In this document: positions 45,666 through 55,534 of the stretch, piece after piece
How the letters are laid out: each line of letters starts with the position of its first letter
How positions within the stretch are numbered: position 1 is the first letter of the stretch
DNA from: Shigella phage vB_SboS_Gloob
Length of the DNA stretch: 64,000 nt
Direction: 5' to 3' (one strand)
Sequence record: OL615011
Position numbers and translations under genes: made by a program
The notes under the pieces: generated by a model
The model's database searches: none
What the model was told of the DNA's origin: nothing
Seen by the model: the letters and a program-made list of their open reading frames with translations, nothing else

Positions 45666-46173
45666 TACTTTTCTCCAGTTCATAATCGCGCTCCACAACA
45701 TATTGGTAGACACGCATCTTAATATAGTCGGCACCACCTGCTGAAGACAGCACCCTCCATCCACTACTAAGGACATTCATCTTATATTGACCAACACCCT
45801 CTTGAAAATAACTTTTAATCTGTTCCAGCTTTCGCCCACGATGATAATACGAGATGAGTTCACCGATAACAATACAATCGGGATAATGTTTGTCAAGGGT
45901 ATCAATATTTCGGTGGACGTAGACAGGCAACACGTCTTCATCGTCGATAGGGCTGTAGTACGGGTCTACGATGACCACCTGTAGATCATACGACAATAAA
46001 TCCTTGACGCCCATACGACAGAACTTATAATCTTCGTGCTTCATTGCCACCTGGAGGATATTCTCTTTCTTGGCATAATCGGTCAGGAAGATAAAGAAGT
46101 CTGTGTTGGGATCGGGATATTGTATAGACAGTTCTTTGCCTATTTCACTAAAACAAAATCCGCGCATTTTCAT
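45643..46173 (-). CDS. hypothetical protein
   Basis: 176-aa ORF; contains VVIVDPYYSP segment. Confidence 0.5.
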   Translation of the reverse strand: MKMRGFCFSEIGKELSIQYPDPNTDFFIFLTDYAKKENILQVAMKHEDYKFCRMGVKDLLSYDLQVVIVDPYYSPIDDEDVLPVYVHRNIDTLDKHYPDCIVIGELISYYHRGRKLEQIKSYFQEGVGQYKMNVLSSGWRVLSSAGGADYIKMRVYQYVVERDYELEKSNAKRKTR

Positions 46174-46216
46174 TCCTCGTTATAATTACTCTTACAATAT
46201 ACCGTGGAGATACATT

Positions 46217-47023
46217 ATGAATTTGCCATCATTGCCCAGAACAGAAAAGACATATAAAAGCGACTTTTGGCCTACTGTGATCAAATATCGCGCCTTTACT
46301 GCGGGGCAACAAACTTTATTACTTCAGGTGTCAGATCCGCAAACGCCGATTGAAGAACGCGCGGCCATGATGGAGAGCCTCTTCAGCGAGTGTGTAAATG
46401 CAGGTGCGCCTTTCAGCAAACTGCCAATCGGTGTTGTTGAGGAAGTGTTCATCCGTATGCGCATGATCGCCATCGGCGAATTGATGAAGATTCGCTACAA
46501 GTGCAATAATCAGGTTGAAGAAACGATCGATCTAGGGGATGGTCAAGAAAAGCGCCAGATGGTTCCCTGTGAGCAGGAACTGACTCTACCTATCCCGCTG
46601 AACAATGTAAAATGCATTGCTCAGGACGGCTTCCAGGAGACGTTTGACCTGCCGGGTGGCTATCACCTCAAGATGCGCCAACCTTCCTTCTCGGACGCTA
46701 CGGCGCTGTCTGATGCTGCAAGTGTTGAGATGATGCTGGCCACCTTTATCGACTGCCTGTACGATGATGACGGTCAGGTGTGGAAGGTTGAGAATCCTGA
46801 AGAAATCGGGATCACTCCGGAAGAGGCTACCGAGCGCCGCCGTGTGAAAGAAGCATTTGTTGAGTGGGTGAAGGATAACATCGAATCAGATGTCATCGAC
46901 AGCATTACGAAGAACTTCTTCCACAAAATACCGCGCATCCACTACAAGAGTTCAATCAAGTGTCCGAAGTGTGGTAAGGAACACAAGATCGAATTCAATA
47001 GCATTAATGAAATTTTCATCTAA
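46217..47023 (+). CDS. hypothetical protein with C-terminal zinc ribbon (possible baseplate assembly protein by position)
   Basis: ATG 46217 inside track ORF; C-terminal CPKCGKEH; terminator downstream. Confidence 0.55.
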   Translation: MNLPSLPRTEKTYKSDFWPTVIKYRAFTAGQQTLLLQVSDPQTPIEERAAMMESLFSECVNAGAPFSKLPIGVVEEVFIRMRMIAIGELMKIRYKCNNQVEETIDLGDGQEKRQMVPCEQELTLPIPLNNVKCIAQDGFQETFDLPGGYHLKMRQPSFSDATALSDAASVEMMLATFIDCLYDDDGQVWKVENPEEIGITPEEATERRRVKEAFVEWVKDNIESDVIDSITKNFFHKIPRIHYKSSIKCPKCGKEHKIEFNSINEIFI

Positions 47024-47171
47024 TGTTTGAAACTGATTTACTATCCTACTTCGTGATGTGTGATGAATTGAAGTTACACGGCTATAGCATATTTGAAATC
47101 AACGAGTCGATGCCGTGGCATCTTGACTTGTTAACCGAAGCCCTCAAGGTCAGGTTGTCTAAGAAACAGTA

Positions 47172-47195
47172 ATCCCGCTTCGGCGGGATTTTTAT
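47172..47195 (+). terminator. rho-independent terminator
   Basis: atcccgcttcggcgggat hairpin (ttcg loop) then TTTTTATT. Confidence 0.65.
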
Positions 47196-47533
47196 TGGCT
47201 TAACTGTAAAACAGGTTAACGCGTGCTCTCTTTACCTGAAATTGTTATAATGGGCCTGTTCCTGAGTCATTTGTTGGGGATCGTCTATTTTGAATCAGAT
47301 TGTCAGTAAAATACCATTTTTCAAGGAGTGTTCTGAGGTGTACAGTTATTGCCTCGCTCTTATGCCTCCATGGCATTGGAATGGTGCTGCCTGCATAAGG
47401 CGGTGTGATGAGCGAAGCGAATAGGATCGAATAACAAATAAAATGAACGGAAGCAGAGCTTCCTATAGTATATAAGGCAAAATCCGCTGCGCATAAATAC
47501 CTTCAAATCCTTGTTTGACAACCGGAATTCACT

Positions 47534-49141
47534 ATGTTAGACAATATGAGATGGTTTTATGGCACCGTTGAAGATGTCAACGATCCAGACCAAAACGGGC
47601 GCGTCGCCGTCCGCATCTATGGCGTCCACACTGATGACACCGTCCTCCTGCCTACGGATAAACTCCCATGGGCGAAGGTACTGATGCCTGCTTCAAACGC
47701 CTCCTCTGCTGGTTTAGGTTGGTCTCCAACGGGTATCATTCCCGGCACTGAGGTTATGGGGTTCGCCCTTGACGAAGCATACCAGAACCTGCGTATCACT
47801 TGGACTTGGCCTGGGGCAAATCCCACTGATGGGGCAGACACGAATCCACTGGCTCTCGGACAGGTCGTTCAATCGGTAGAACGTCAGGCGTACAACGCCG
47901 TCACTGACGTTCCTGTGAAACAAGAAGACGAACCACAACCAGATCCACAACCACCTGTTGGTGGGTATGATCCTGAAAAATGGATGACCATCGCTCGTGG
48001 TGAGCTGGGTGTCAAGGAGTACGCCGGAAAGTTCAACAACAACCCGCGCATTATAGAATATCACAAGACAACCTCCCTTGGTGCTTCTGAAGATGAAGTG
48101 TCGTGGTGTGCGGCGTTCGTGGGCTGGGTTATGTTGCAGGCTGGATACACGTCTACGCGCTCCGCTCTTGCCCGATCTTACCTTACATGGGGTAGTGCAC
48201 TGTCAGCACCACAATATGGTGCTATCGTAGTCTTCCGGCGCGGTAACAACCCTACATTTGGACACGTGGCGTTTGTACAGAAGTTCGATGCAAACTATGT
48301 CTGGTGTATCGGTGGCAACCAATCCGATTCAGTGAAGGTCAGCCGCTTCAGCCGTTCGTCAGTCCTGGGCTACCGCTGGCCTGGTCCTGCTAACACAGCC
48401 ACAGCCGCGCCTGCGCAGCAGAATGGTAAATGGTCAGAACCTATCCCAGATCGTACTCCAAAGGAACAACCGACTCCGGCTCCTACAGGGCGCGTCCAGG
48501 ATATTGATAACACGGGCGAAACTATGGTTCCGGCAGCGGGTGGCTCCAAGTACCCGTACAACAACGTCATGGCGTCCCGAGCAGGTCACATAATGGAGGT
48601 GGACGACACTCCTGGTGGTGAGCGTCTTCATTGGATGCACATGTCCGGCTCCTACAAACAGATGCTCCCGAACGGCGACGTCGTCAACAAGTCAGTGAAG
48701 GATCATTATGACCTGACCATGTTTGACAAGCGCTATTATGTCGGCGGGGACCACAACCTGACGGTCAAAGGAACTGAAGTTCAGCGCAAGACTGGTGAGG
48801 TCTATCACCTTCACTCCAACAACTACTCAAATGTGGTTGCTGGTACAGCGCTTATGAAGTTCAGCAACCTAGCAGAGATCCAAGCCCAGAATATCCTGCG
48901 CATCATCTGTGAGACTCTGGAAGTTGGTGGAACTCTCAAGGTGCCGAAGATCCTGGCCACTGAGATCATCGCCGACAAACTGTCGGTCGCTCAGACGATT
49001 GATGGCAACATCAAATATGCCGAGGGTGCAGGTCGTGCTTCTTCTCTGTCTGGTGCTACCCCTGCAACCCCATCGGGTCCAGGCGAGATAGATATTAAGG
49101 CAGAATTAAAAGACAATGGTGGTAATTTCGGCACCGAGTAA
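47534..49141 (+). CDS. baseplate central spike protein (gp5-like) with CHAP peptidase domain
   Basis: N-terminal OB-like region, central Cys/His CHAP-like motifs (SWCAAFVGWV ... GHVAFV), C-terminal beta-helix-like repeat region. Confidence 0.75.
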   Translation: MLDNMRWFYGTVEDVNDPDQNGRVAVRIYGVHTDDTVLLPTDKLPWAKVLMPASNASSAGLGWSPTGIIPGTEVMGFALDEAYQNLRITWTWPGANPTDGADTNPLALGQVVQSVERQAYNAVTDVPVKQEDEPQPDPQPPVGGYDPEKWMTIARGELGVKEYAGKFNNNPRIIEYHKTTSLGASEDEVSWCAAFVGWVMLQAGYTSTRSALARSYLTWGSALSAPQYGAIVVFRRGNNPTFGHVAFVQKFDANYVWCIGGNQSDSVKVSRFSRSSVLGYRWPGPANTATAAPAQQNGKWSEPIPDRTPKEQPTPAPTGRVQDIDNTGETMVPAAGGSKYPYNNVMASRAGHIMEVDDTPGGERLHWMHMSGSYKQMLPNGDVVNKSVKDHYDLTMFDKRYYVGGDHNLTVKGTEVQRKTGEVYHLHSNNYSNVVAGTALMKFSNLAEIQAQNILRIICETLEVGGTLKVPKILATEIIADKLSVAQTIDGNIKYAEGAGRASSLSGATPATPSGPGEIDIKAELKDNGGNFGTE

Positions 49142-49219
49142 AGTCTTGGTATAGTTTAGTGGCAGAGGGGCAGCACTTCCCTCTGCCCCTTCTAGTCATC
49201 CTGAGAGGGGGTCACGCAA

Positions 49220-49600
49220 ATGAAAGAGTACAAAGATGTCGATCTGAAGTTCGGCATGCACCCGGTGACCAAAGATGTCACCATGAAATCAGGCGTATAC
49301 GCTGTCTTGCAATCTGTGCGGAATATCGTCATGTCTTCAGTCGGGGACTGGCCCACTTATCCTGGGATCGGTGCAGGGTTGTATAATCTCCTTGGAGAGA
49401 ACACCACCCCAACGATTCAGGTAGATGTGAAGAACAAAGTTGAAGATGCTATTGCTCTGTATGAACCGCGAGCCGAGGTAGAAGAAGTCACGGTGAGTCT
49501 GTCAGAGGATTACCATTCTCTGGGCGTGACCATCACATTCTATGTGGTCAACAATCCAGATCCAATAACAGACACCGTGTGGTTGAAAAGGACGAATTAG
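49220..49600 (+). CDS. gp25-like baseplate wedge protein (GPW/gp25 family)
   Basis: resembles T4 gp25 as recalled (SVGDWPTYPGIGAGLYNLLGENTTP; YEPRAEVEEV; VVNNPDPIT). Confidence 0.75.
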   Translation: MKEYKDVDLKFGMHPVTKDVTMKSGVYAVLQSVRNIVMSSVGDWPTYPGIGAGLYNLLGENTTPTIQVDVKNKVEDAIALYEPRAEVEEVTVSLSEDYHSLGVTITFYVVNNPDPITDTVWLKRTN

Positions 49601-49947
49601 AATTTCGTCCTGAATGCCGGAGCCACGACTAACATGAAGTGGCTCAATAACCTGAACATCTCTTTACCGTTGAAGTGGTAGAGGATAATCATCGGTCTGA
49701 CATCAACTACCGAACCATCCAGCTTCTTGTTCAACACAAATCTGGAACCGACACTAACCTTCCCACGCTCTTCGTCTCCTGGTTTGTCGTAGACCACGCA
49801 ACTGGTGGCATAACCGATCTGAGATCCATCCTCAGACCGCAATGGTAGCATGTGCCCTTCAGACATCAGATGATGCAGGTTCTGGTATAAACCTTTGTCT
49901 GGTATGGGCACTGCCAGCTGCATGCTCAGCTCTTTGTAATCTTGCAT
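49597..49947 (-). CDS. hypothetical protein
   Basis: 116-aa ORF. Confidence 0.4.
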   Translation of the reverse strand: MQDYKELSMQLAVPIPDKGLYQNLHHLMSEGHMLPLRSEDGSQIGYATSCVVYDKPGDEERGKVSVGSRFVLNKKLDGSVVDVRPMIILYHFNGKEMFRLLSHFMLVVAPAFRTKF

Positions 49948-49952
49948 GGCGT

Positions 49953-50414
49953 CTACTCCGTCAGGGTGATCACAACCATATTTAAGACTGTGTCGATAGC
50001 TCGGGCTGTTTCCTCTTCATGGAGGGTTTCGGCGCGGAGGTGAACGTCTGTGATGAAATTGTCGATGTGCATTGACGTCAGGTACGGGCGGTGCTGGCTG
50101 ACCGGACGGTTGATCAGTACATAGTTACGCAGTGTGTTGAAGTCCTGCTGAGAGCACCCTGTGGTATCAATACGCAGGAAGCGTTCATTGTGGCTTGTCT
50201 TCAGTTCAGTTACTTTGCCGAGGTAGACCAGAGGTCCATTGCGACCGATACGGAACATAACATCAACAACAGACTTGAAGATTTCGCGTTCAATCAGTGC
50301 GGTGGGTGACCAGCAGATCTCTTCTTTGTCATCGGCGTACAGGGTGTCGATCACCAGAGGGAGTTGAATGTAACCGAAGTTGTGCAGTGGGTTGGTGAGT
50401 ACTTTGTTTGTCAT
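49953..50414 (-). CDS. hypothetical protein
   Basis: internal ATG (MTNKVLT) of track ORF. Confidence 0.5.
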   Translation of the reverse strand: MTNKVLTNPLHNFGYIQLPLVIDTLYADDKEEICWSPTALIEREIFKSVVDVMFRIGRNGPLVYLGKVTELKTSHNERFLRIDTTGCSQQDFNTLRNYVLINRPVSQHRPYLTSMHIDNFITDVHLRAETLHEEETARAIDTVLNMVVITLTE

Positions 50415-50490
50415 GATATAGTTCCCGCTTTCAATTTGTGGCGAATGCCAATGAATTACTGGGAAGTATAGGGGAGGGCGTTTCAAAAGT

Positions 50491-50513
50491 AAAGCCCCTC
50501 ATTGAGGGGCTTT
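50491..50513 (-). terminator. rho-independent terminator after glutaredoxin/nrd operon
   Basis: aaagcccctcattgaggggcttt hairpin; T-run on minus strand. Confidence 0.55.
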
Positions 50514-50519
50514 GGCTTG

Positions 50520-50744
50520 TCAGCGTTTGAGGCTGGCGGCGAGTCCACTAACGTCGGTCACGGTCTGGTCAGCGAGGACGATTACAGGCATCGACATGCG
50601 CTGTTTACCCGTCAACTTCTGAAGTTCTTCCAGCTGGTAGTCTTTGTCCAGCTTGAGGATCTTGTGTTCCAGCCCTTTCATCTTGCACAGATTTTCGGCT
50701 GTTACACACTGAGCGCAACCTTGTTTGGAATAGATCGTAATCAT
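50520..50744 (-). CDS. glutaredoxin/NrdH-like redoxin
   Basis: CAQC active-site motif in a 74-aa thioredoxin-fold-sized protein downstream of nrdB. Confidence 0.7.
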   Translation of the reverse strand: MITIYSKQGCAQCVTAENLCKMKGLEHKILKLDKDYQLEELQKLTGKQRMSMPVIVLADQTVTDVSGLAASLKR

Positions 50745-50753
50745 TTCTCACCT

Positions 50754-51857
50754 TTAAGCGAATTTGAGGCCGTCGGATACTGAACCAGTCAGTACACCCA
50801 TAAGATAATCAGGAGCTTCAGCTTCCTGCAACGCGTACTGCATTGTCTTATTATTTAGCCACTCGTTGATCCATGGCACTGGGCATTCCTTACGTGGTTC
50901 CCCAGGATACGGGTGTCCGATAGCGCCCATGCGGTGGGTGAGCAACCAGTCTACCATATGGTGTAGGATCTTCGCGTTCAGGCCAAGCATGGAGCCGTCC
51001 TGGAACAGATAGTCAGCCCATTGCTTCTCCTGATTGCCCACGTCCAAGAACATCTGGGTCATCTCACCGCGCAGTTCCTCACGGATGATTTCGAAGTCAG
51101 GGTCCATACCAGGCAGGCGGTTCAGCAGAGTCTGGGTCAGGATCAGGTGATCTTGCTCATCACGGGCGATCTGGCGAATGATTTTAGCATTGCCTTCCAT
51201 CTTCTTCTGGAACTGTGTGAACGCCCAAGAGCACGCAAAGGACACGTAGAAGCGGATGCCTTCCAGTGTGTTGGCAGCAAACAGAGCACGCCAGAATGCA
51301 CGTTTGGCATTCATCATGTCTTCACGGGTAAAGGCGCGACCAGCCATACGCATGCCACTGTAACGAACCATATCGTCATAGTGAGTACTAATCTGATGCG
51401 CGCAATCCACGATCTCTGCAACGTCCAACACGTGGTCAAATACGATACCAGGATCGTTCACAGTATTACGCAGGATGTGGGTGTAAGACAGAGAGTGGAT
51501 GGCCTCCTGGCGCGTCCATTCAAGGACAGCGAACTGCATTTCAGGGGTAGATGCCCATGGACCAAACGCTTCAAACGGAGCCGCACCCTGGATAGAATCC
51601 AGCATGGTCTGGCGCTTCAGGTTGCTCTCATAGATGCGCTTTTCAGCAGGTGTGAGGGTTGCATAGTCGGCCTTGTCCTTGGTGATGTCTACTTCTTCCG
51701 GACGCCAGAACTGACTGAGGCCTTTCTCATACCACTTCTGTACGAAAGGCCACGCCACAATATCATAGCGCTGGATGCTCACTGGGTCACCGAAGAACGG
51801 CAGACCAGTGTTGTTCGAGCTTGGGTCGAATACGGAGAATTGTTTCTGTTCGCTCAT
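50754..51857 (-). CDS. nrdB: ribonucleotide reductase class I beta subunit
   Basis: EAIHSLSY metal-site motif; internal ATG (MSEQKQF) taken as start. Confidence 0.85.
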   Translation of the reverse strand: MSEQKQFSVFDPSSNNTGLPFFGDPVSIQRYDIVAWPFVQKWYEKGLSQFWRPEEVDITKDKADYATLTPAEKRIYESNLKRQTMLDSIQGAAPFEAFGPWASTPEMQFAVLEWTRQEAIHSLSYTHILRNTVNDPGIVFDHVLDVAEIVDCAHQISTHYDDMVRYSGMRMAGRAFTREDMMNAKRAFWRALFAANTLEGIRFYVSFACSWAFTQFQKKMEGNAKIIRQIARDEQDHLILTQTLLNRLPGMDPDFEIIREELRGEMTQMFLDVGNQEKQWADYLFQDGSMLGLNAKILHHMVDWLLTHRMGAIGHPYPGEPRKECPVPWINEWLNNKTMQYALQEAEAPDYLMGVLTGSVSDGLKFA

Positions 51858-51858
51858 G

Positions 51859-52152
51859 TTATGCCTTGCCTTCGTGGAGTTTGATCTGTTCGGTGGTAAT
51901 GTAATTCTTGATGTTAGCAACAAAATCCCGGCGTTTGTCTTCAGGTAATTTGCTGAGGTCTAGAAGGAAGTGGGTACGGTTCACAGTGTCCATTGGATCC
52001 GTGTAGTTCAACGGGATAGCCGTGACTTCGCCGCCGTTGTGCCAAGCAGTGGCCACTTTCACGTTGCGCAGAACATTCTCCGCTTCCATTTTGCTGTTGT
52101 GTTCGAGCAAGATACCTGGTTGGCCAGGGACCAACAATAACGTCTGGAACAT
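51859..52152 (-). CDS. hypothetical protein between nrdA and nrdB
   Basis: 97-aa ORF tightly packed between the two subunit genes. Confidence 0.45.
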   Translation of the reverse strand: MFQTLLLVPGQPGILLEHNSKMEAENVLRNVKVATAWHNGGEVTAIPLNYTDPMDTVNRTHFLLDLSKLPEDKRRDFVANIKNYITTEQIKLHEGKA

Positions 52153-52222
52153 ATAGAACTCCTGATGAATAAGGGGTGATATCTCACCCCTGATGATATA
52201 ACGGTAGCAGGTTTAGACCAAC

Positions 52223-54502
52223 TCACACCACACAGGTGTCACAAACTTCTTCAGCCTGTTTCAGCTCTTCGTCTTCCTTGGCGTCCTTGTTCGTGTTGTA
52301 ATACAGAGTCTTGCCACCCCACATATAGAACGACAGGATATCCTGCATCATCTTAGCACGAGGGATCTTGCCGTCTGGGTACTTCTCTGGGTCATACCAC
52401 GTGTTGGTACTGATGGACTGGTCAACCCAGCGCTGGATGACAGCGGCGGTCTTCAGGTACTCGATGCAGTCCAGGTCCCACTTGAGGTCATACAGCGGTC
52501 CAAGGGTCTCTACATCCGGAACAACCTGCTTGTACGTGCCGTCCTTGCTGCCCTTAATGCTTACCAAGCCCTTCGGTGGCTCAATGCCGTTCGTTGCGTT
52601 GAGGACTTGTGAGGAGCTTTCGGTAGGGGCTACTGCCAGCAGGGTGGCATTGCGGATACCATAGGTCTTCAGGTCATCCTTCAGGTCATCCCAGTCCAGC
52701 CCATATGCCATGCCTTCCGGCTTCTTACCATTTGGCAGGATGTCAAGCGGAAGCGGCTGAAGATCGGCGGTGACCTGTCCCATACCATGGATAGTTCCGC
52801 GTTTACACGCCCCGAACTTCATAGCCAGACGGTTGGATGCCTTGACCAGATAGAAGTGAAGGTGTGCCATCCACGCATCCAGCATCTCGAGGCCAGCTGG
52901 TGAACCGTAGCCCGTGAAGTTCTTGGCCAGGAAGTGAGCCACGTTCACGATACCAACACCCAGAGGACGATAGTCTTCAACAGCCTTGCGAGCCTGAATC
53001 GCTGGATAGTCCTGATATTCAAGCAGCATGTCCAGCGCAGACACCAACACGAACGCCACGTCTTCCATTTCGGTCGGGTCTTCGAATGCTGTCAGGTTGA
53101 AGGAAGCCAAGGTGCACAGAGCCACGCGCCCGTTTTCATCGTTGTACTGCTCGAACTCACGGGTCGGCAGGGCGATTTCAAGACACAGGTTGGAGCTGTA
53201 GATGGTGTCGAGGTTGAATGGGCTGTATTCATTCATGTGATCGACAAATGCGATGTAGATGCGGCCTGTGTCTGAACGCTGGTCTAACAGCATCTGGAAC
53301 ACTTCTTCGGCCTGCAGCTTCTTAGAACGTACCAGGCCTGCATCGGCGGCCTTGATCATGTTCTCATACAGAGTACGGAACTTGTCAACGTCGGCGAAGT
53401 ATGCTTCGTACATTTCACGGTTGTCTTTCGGGTCGAACAGATACAGAGGCTGCTTGGCAACCAGGCGCTCAAACATCACGCGGTTGATCTGAATACCGTA
53501 GTCGATACGGCGTTCGCGGTTTTCTTCAGTGCCACGGTTATTCTTCAGTACAACGACGTCATCGAACTGGTAATGCCACAGAGGGATGTACGCTGTCGCC
53601 GCACCACCACGAATGCCGCCCTGGGAGCAAGACTTGAGCGCCCCAGTGAGATACTTGATGAATGGGATCAGGCCTGTGTGAACCATCTCTCCGCCGCGAA
53701 TAGGACTGCCAATCCCACGGATAGCCCCGACGTCAAAGCCGATACCCGCACGTTTGGACACATAGTCAACGATGGTCTTGGCCGTTGCGTTGATAGAGTC
53801 CAGGGTGTCACCAGTTTTGATCAGGACACAGGAACTGAACTGACGGGTAGGAGTACGAACACCTGCCATAATCGGGGTGGGAAGACTGAACTTGCCTGTG
53901 CTGGCATATTCATAGAACTTCTTCACCATCTCCAGGCGGCTGTCTTTGTCCCAGTTAGAGAACAACGCCATGGCGATTCCCATGTACATGACCTGTGGGG
54001 TTTCGTAGAAGATCTTGCTGTCTTTCTTGGAACGGTCGCGCAGCAGATACTTCTCTGTCAGCTGGCCCATGGCCGCCCACGTGAAGTTCTTATCGCGTTT
54101 GTGGTTAATGACATCGTTCAGCTCGTTGAACTCTTCTGTCGTGTAGAGATCAAGGAACTCACGATCATACACGCGCTGTTTGATGTTCTTGACGAAGATA
54201 TCCAGCAGGTGAGGCGGCTTGTACTGGCCATAGACAGCCTTGCGCAGATCATATGACTTCAGACGAGCAGCCACATACTGGTAATTGGGTTTGTCTACAG
54301 AGATCAGTGAAGCAGCAGCCTGGATGAGGATATCCTGAATGCGATCTGTTCTCATGTTGTCGGTGAACTGAATCTTCGATGCAGCGATCACCTCTGACAT
54401 TGATACACCAGTCAGGCCGTCACATGCGCGGTCTACGACTGCGTGTAGTTTCTCAATATCAAAGGGGACAGAAGATCCGTCCCGCTTAATGACGTTAATC
54501 AT
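52223..54502 (-). CDS. nrdA: ribonucleotide reductase class I alpha subunit
   Basis: ATP-cone N-terminus (VIKRDGSSVPFD), catalytic motif NLCLEIALPT, C-terminal Cys pair. Confidence 0.9.
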   Translation of the reverse strand: MINVIKRDGSSVPFDIEKLHAVVDRACDGLTGVSMSEVIAASKIQFTDNMRTDRIQDILIQAAASLISVDKPNYQYVAARLKSYDLRKAVYGQYKPPHLLDIFVKNIKQRVYDREFLDLYTTEEFNELNDVINHKRDKNFTWAAMGQLTEKYLLRDRSKKDSKIFYETPQVMYMGIAMALFSNWDKDSRLEMVKKFYEYASTGKFSLPTPIMAGVRTPTRQFSSCVLIKTGDTLDSINATAKTIVDYVSKRAGIGFDVGAIRGIGSPIRGGEMVHTGLIPFIKYLTGALKSCSQGGIRGGAATAYIPLWHYQFDDVVVLKNNRGTEENRERRIDYGIQINRVMFERLVAKQPLYLFDPKDNREMYEAYFADVDKFRTLYENMIKAADAGLVRSKKLQAEEVFQMLLDQRSDTGRIYIAFVDHMNEYSPFNLDTIYSSNLCLEIALPTREFEQYNDENGRVALCTLASFNLTAFEDPTEMEDVAFVLVSALDMLLEYQDYPAIQARKAVEDYRPLGVGIVNVAHFLAKNFTGYGSPAGLEMLDAWMAHLHFYLVKASNRLAMKFGACKRGTIHGMGQVTADLQPLPLDILPNGKKPEGMAYGLDWDDLKDDLKTYGIRNATLLAVAPTESSSQVLNATNGIEPPKGLVSIKGSKDGTYKQVVPDVETLGPLYDLKWDLDCIEYLKTAAVIQRWVDQSISTNTWYDPEKYPDGKIPRAKMMQDILSFYMWGGKTLYYNTNKDAKEDEELKQAEEVCDTCVV

Positions 54503-54587
54503 AGCGATCCTCGGTTTGTGTTATAAGCAGGTTTTATTATACGCCGCCCTCGTAGATTGAAGGCGGCGGGGAGTGTTGGTGAGTTAC

Positions 54588-55430
54588 TTAAATGTCGTAC
54601 AGATCGTTGACTTCCAGCATCAGGCGGGTGAAGTCGCCACGCCCGTTGCGGTCGGATTTATCGAACTCAATGATGCTGAACGGTTGAACCCAATCAGGGT
54701 ATTCATCACCGACGCCAACACCATCGATCTTCAGGGTTCCGGCCTCCAGCTTGGCGTTGAAATCGCGGAAGGATTGAACGTACTTTTCCAGGGCGCTATC
54801 ACGCAGGCGCTTGTTGGACTGTTTGATGTCACCGTTGACAAAGATGTAGGTTGAATCAGATGCGCGGGTCAGCAGGTTCTTCAGCTGCTCCATATCGCAT
54901 TCCTGCGCTTCTTCGATGATCAGGAAGGTGTCGTCAAAGGTCATACCCTTGATGGTCTCCAGATCCTGTATCTCGATGATCCGCTTCTCCCACAGATAGT
55001 TGAAGAAACCGTCGCTCCCTGTGTCGGTCTTCAGCACCTTCTTCAACGTCTGAATCAGGGGCATCAGGTATGGCATGAGCTTTTCGTACGTGTCGCCAGG
55101 ACGGAAGCCTGCTGTCTGGCCTGTTGGCAGCGGAGAGCGCGTGATGACAATCTTGCTGACAACTTTATCGATCAGGAGCTTGGCGGCGGCTGAGGCACCG
55201 CAGTACGATTTACCTGTACCAGCAGGACCGATTGCGATGGTGAGGTTTTCTTCAAGAGCAGATTGATATGCGAGGTTCTGATTCTCTGAGAGGCCATTGA
55301 ACGGAGCGATTCTGAAGTCACCTTTGGAGAACTTCATCCAGTCATCTTCTTTCTGAACAGTCTCCTTCTTACGTGCTGACTTGGTCTTGCCCGCTGGCTT
55401 CATACTTACAACTTTGGTGGCAGATTGCAT
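54588..55430 (-). CDS. PhoH-like ATPase
   Basis: Walker A GPAGTGKS and PhoH-like core; ATG with AGGAAGG RBS. Confidence 0.8.
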   Translation of the reverse strand: MQSATKVVSMKPAGKTKSARKKETVQKEDDWMKFSKGDFRIAPFNGLSENQNLAYQSALEENLTIAIGPAGTGKSYCGASAAAKLLIDKVVSKIVITRSPLPTGQTAGFRPGDTYEKLMPYLMPLIQTLKKVLKTDTGSDGFFNYLWEKRIIEIQDLETIKGMTFDDTFLIIEEAQECDMEQLKNLLTRASDSTYIFVNGDIKQSNKRLRDSALEKYVQSFRDFNAKLEAGTLKIDGVGVGDEYPDWVQPFSIIEFDKSDRNGRGDFTRLMLEVNDLYDI

Positions 55431-55513
55431 GGGAACCTTCCTATATCTCAGGGGTGTCATCACCTTTAATTAAGGCGACACACCCAGCATACCCGAGGGG
55501 TGGATAAAGAAAA

Positions 55514-55529
55514 AGGCCGTTTCCGGCCT
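55514..55529 (-). terminator. rho-independent terminator after endolysin gene
   Basis: aggccgtttccggcct hairpin; TTTCTTTAT on minus strand. Confidence 0.6.
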
Positions 55530-55534
55530 TTGAG

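Noticed and set aside
45643-46173. Possible DNA methyltransferase (DPYY resembling the DPPY catalytic motif, SSAGGADY resembling an AdoMet-binding loop)
   Set aside because: Protein is only 176 aa, the motif is not an exact DPPY and the order/spacing is unconvincing; left as hypothetical.
50754-54502. Group I intron or homing endonuclease interrupting nrdA, nrdB or the TS-family gene
   Set aside because: All three reading frames are continuous and full length; no inserted endonuclease ORF.
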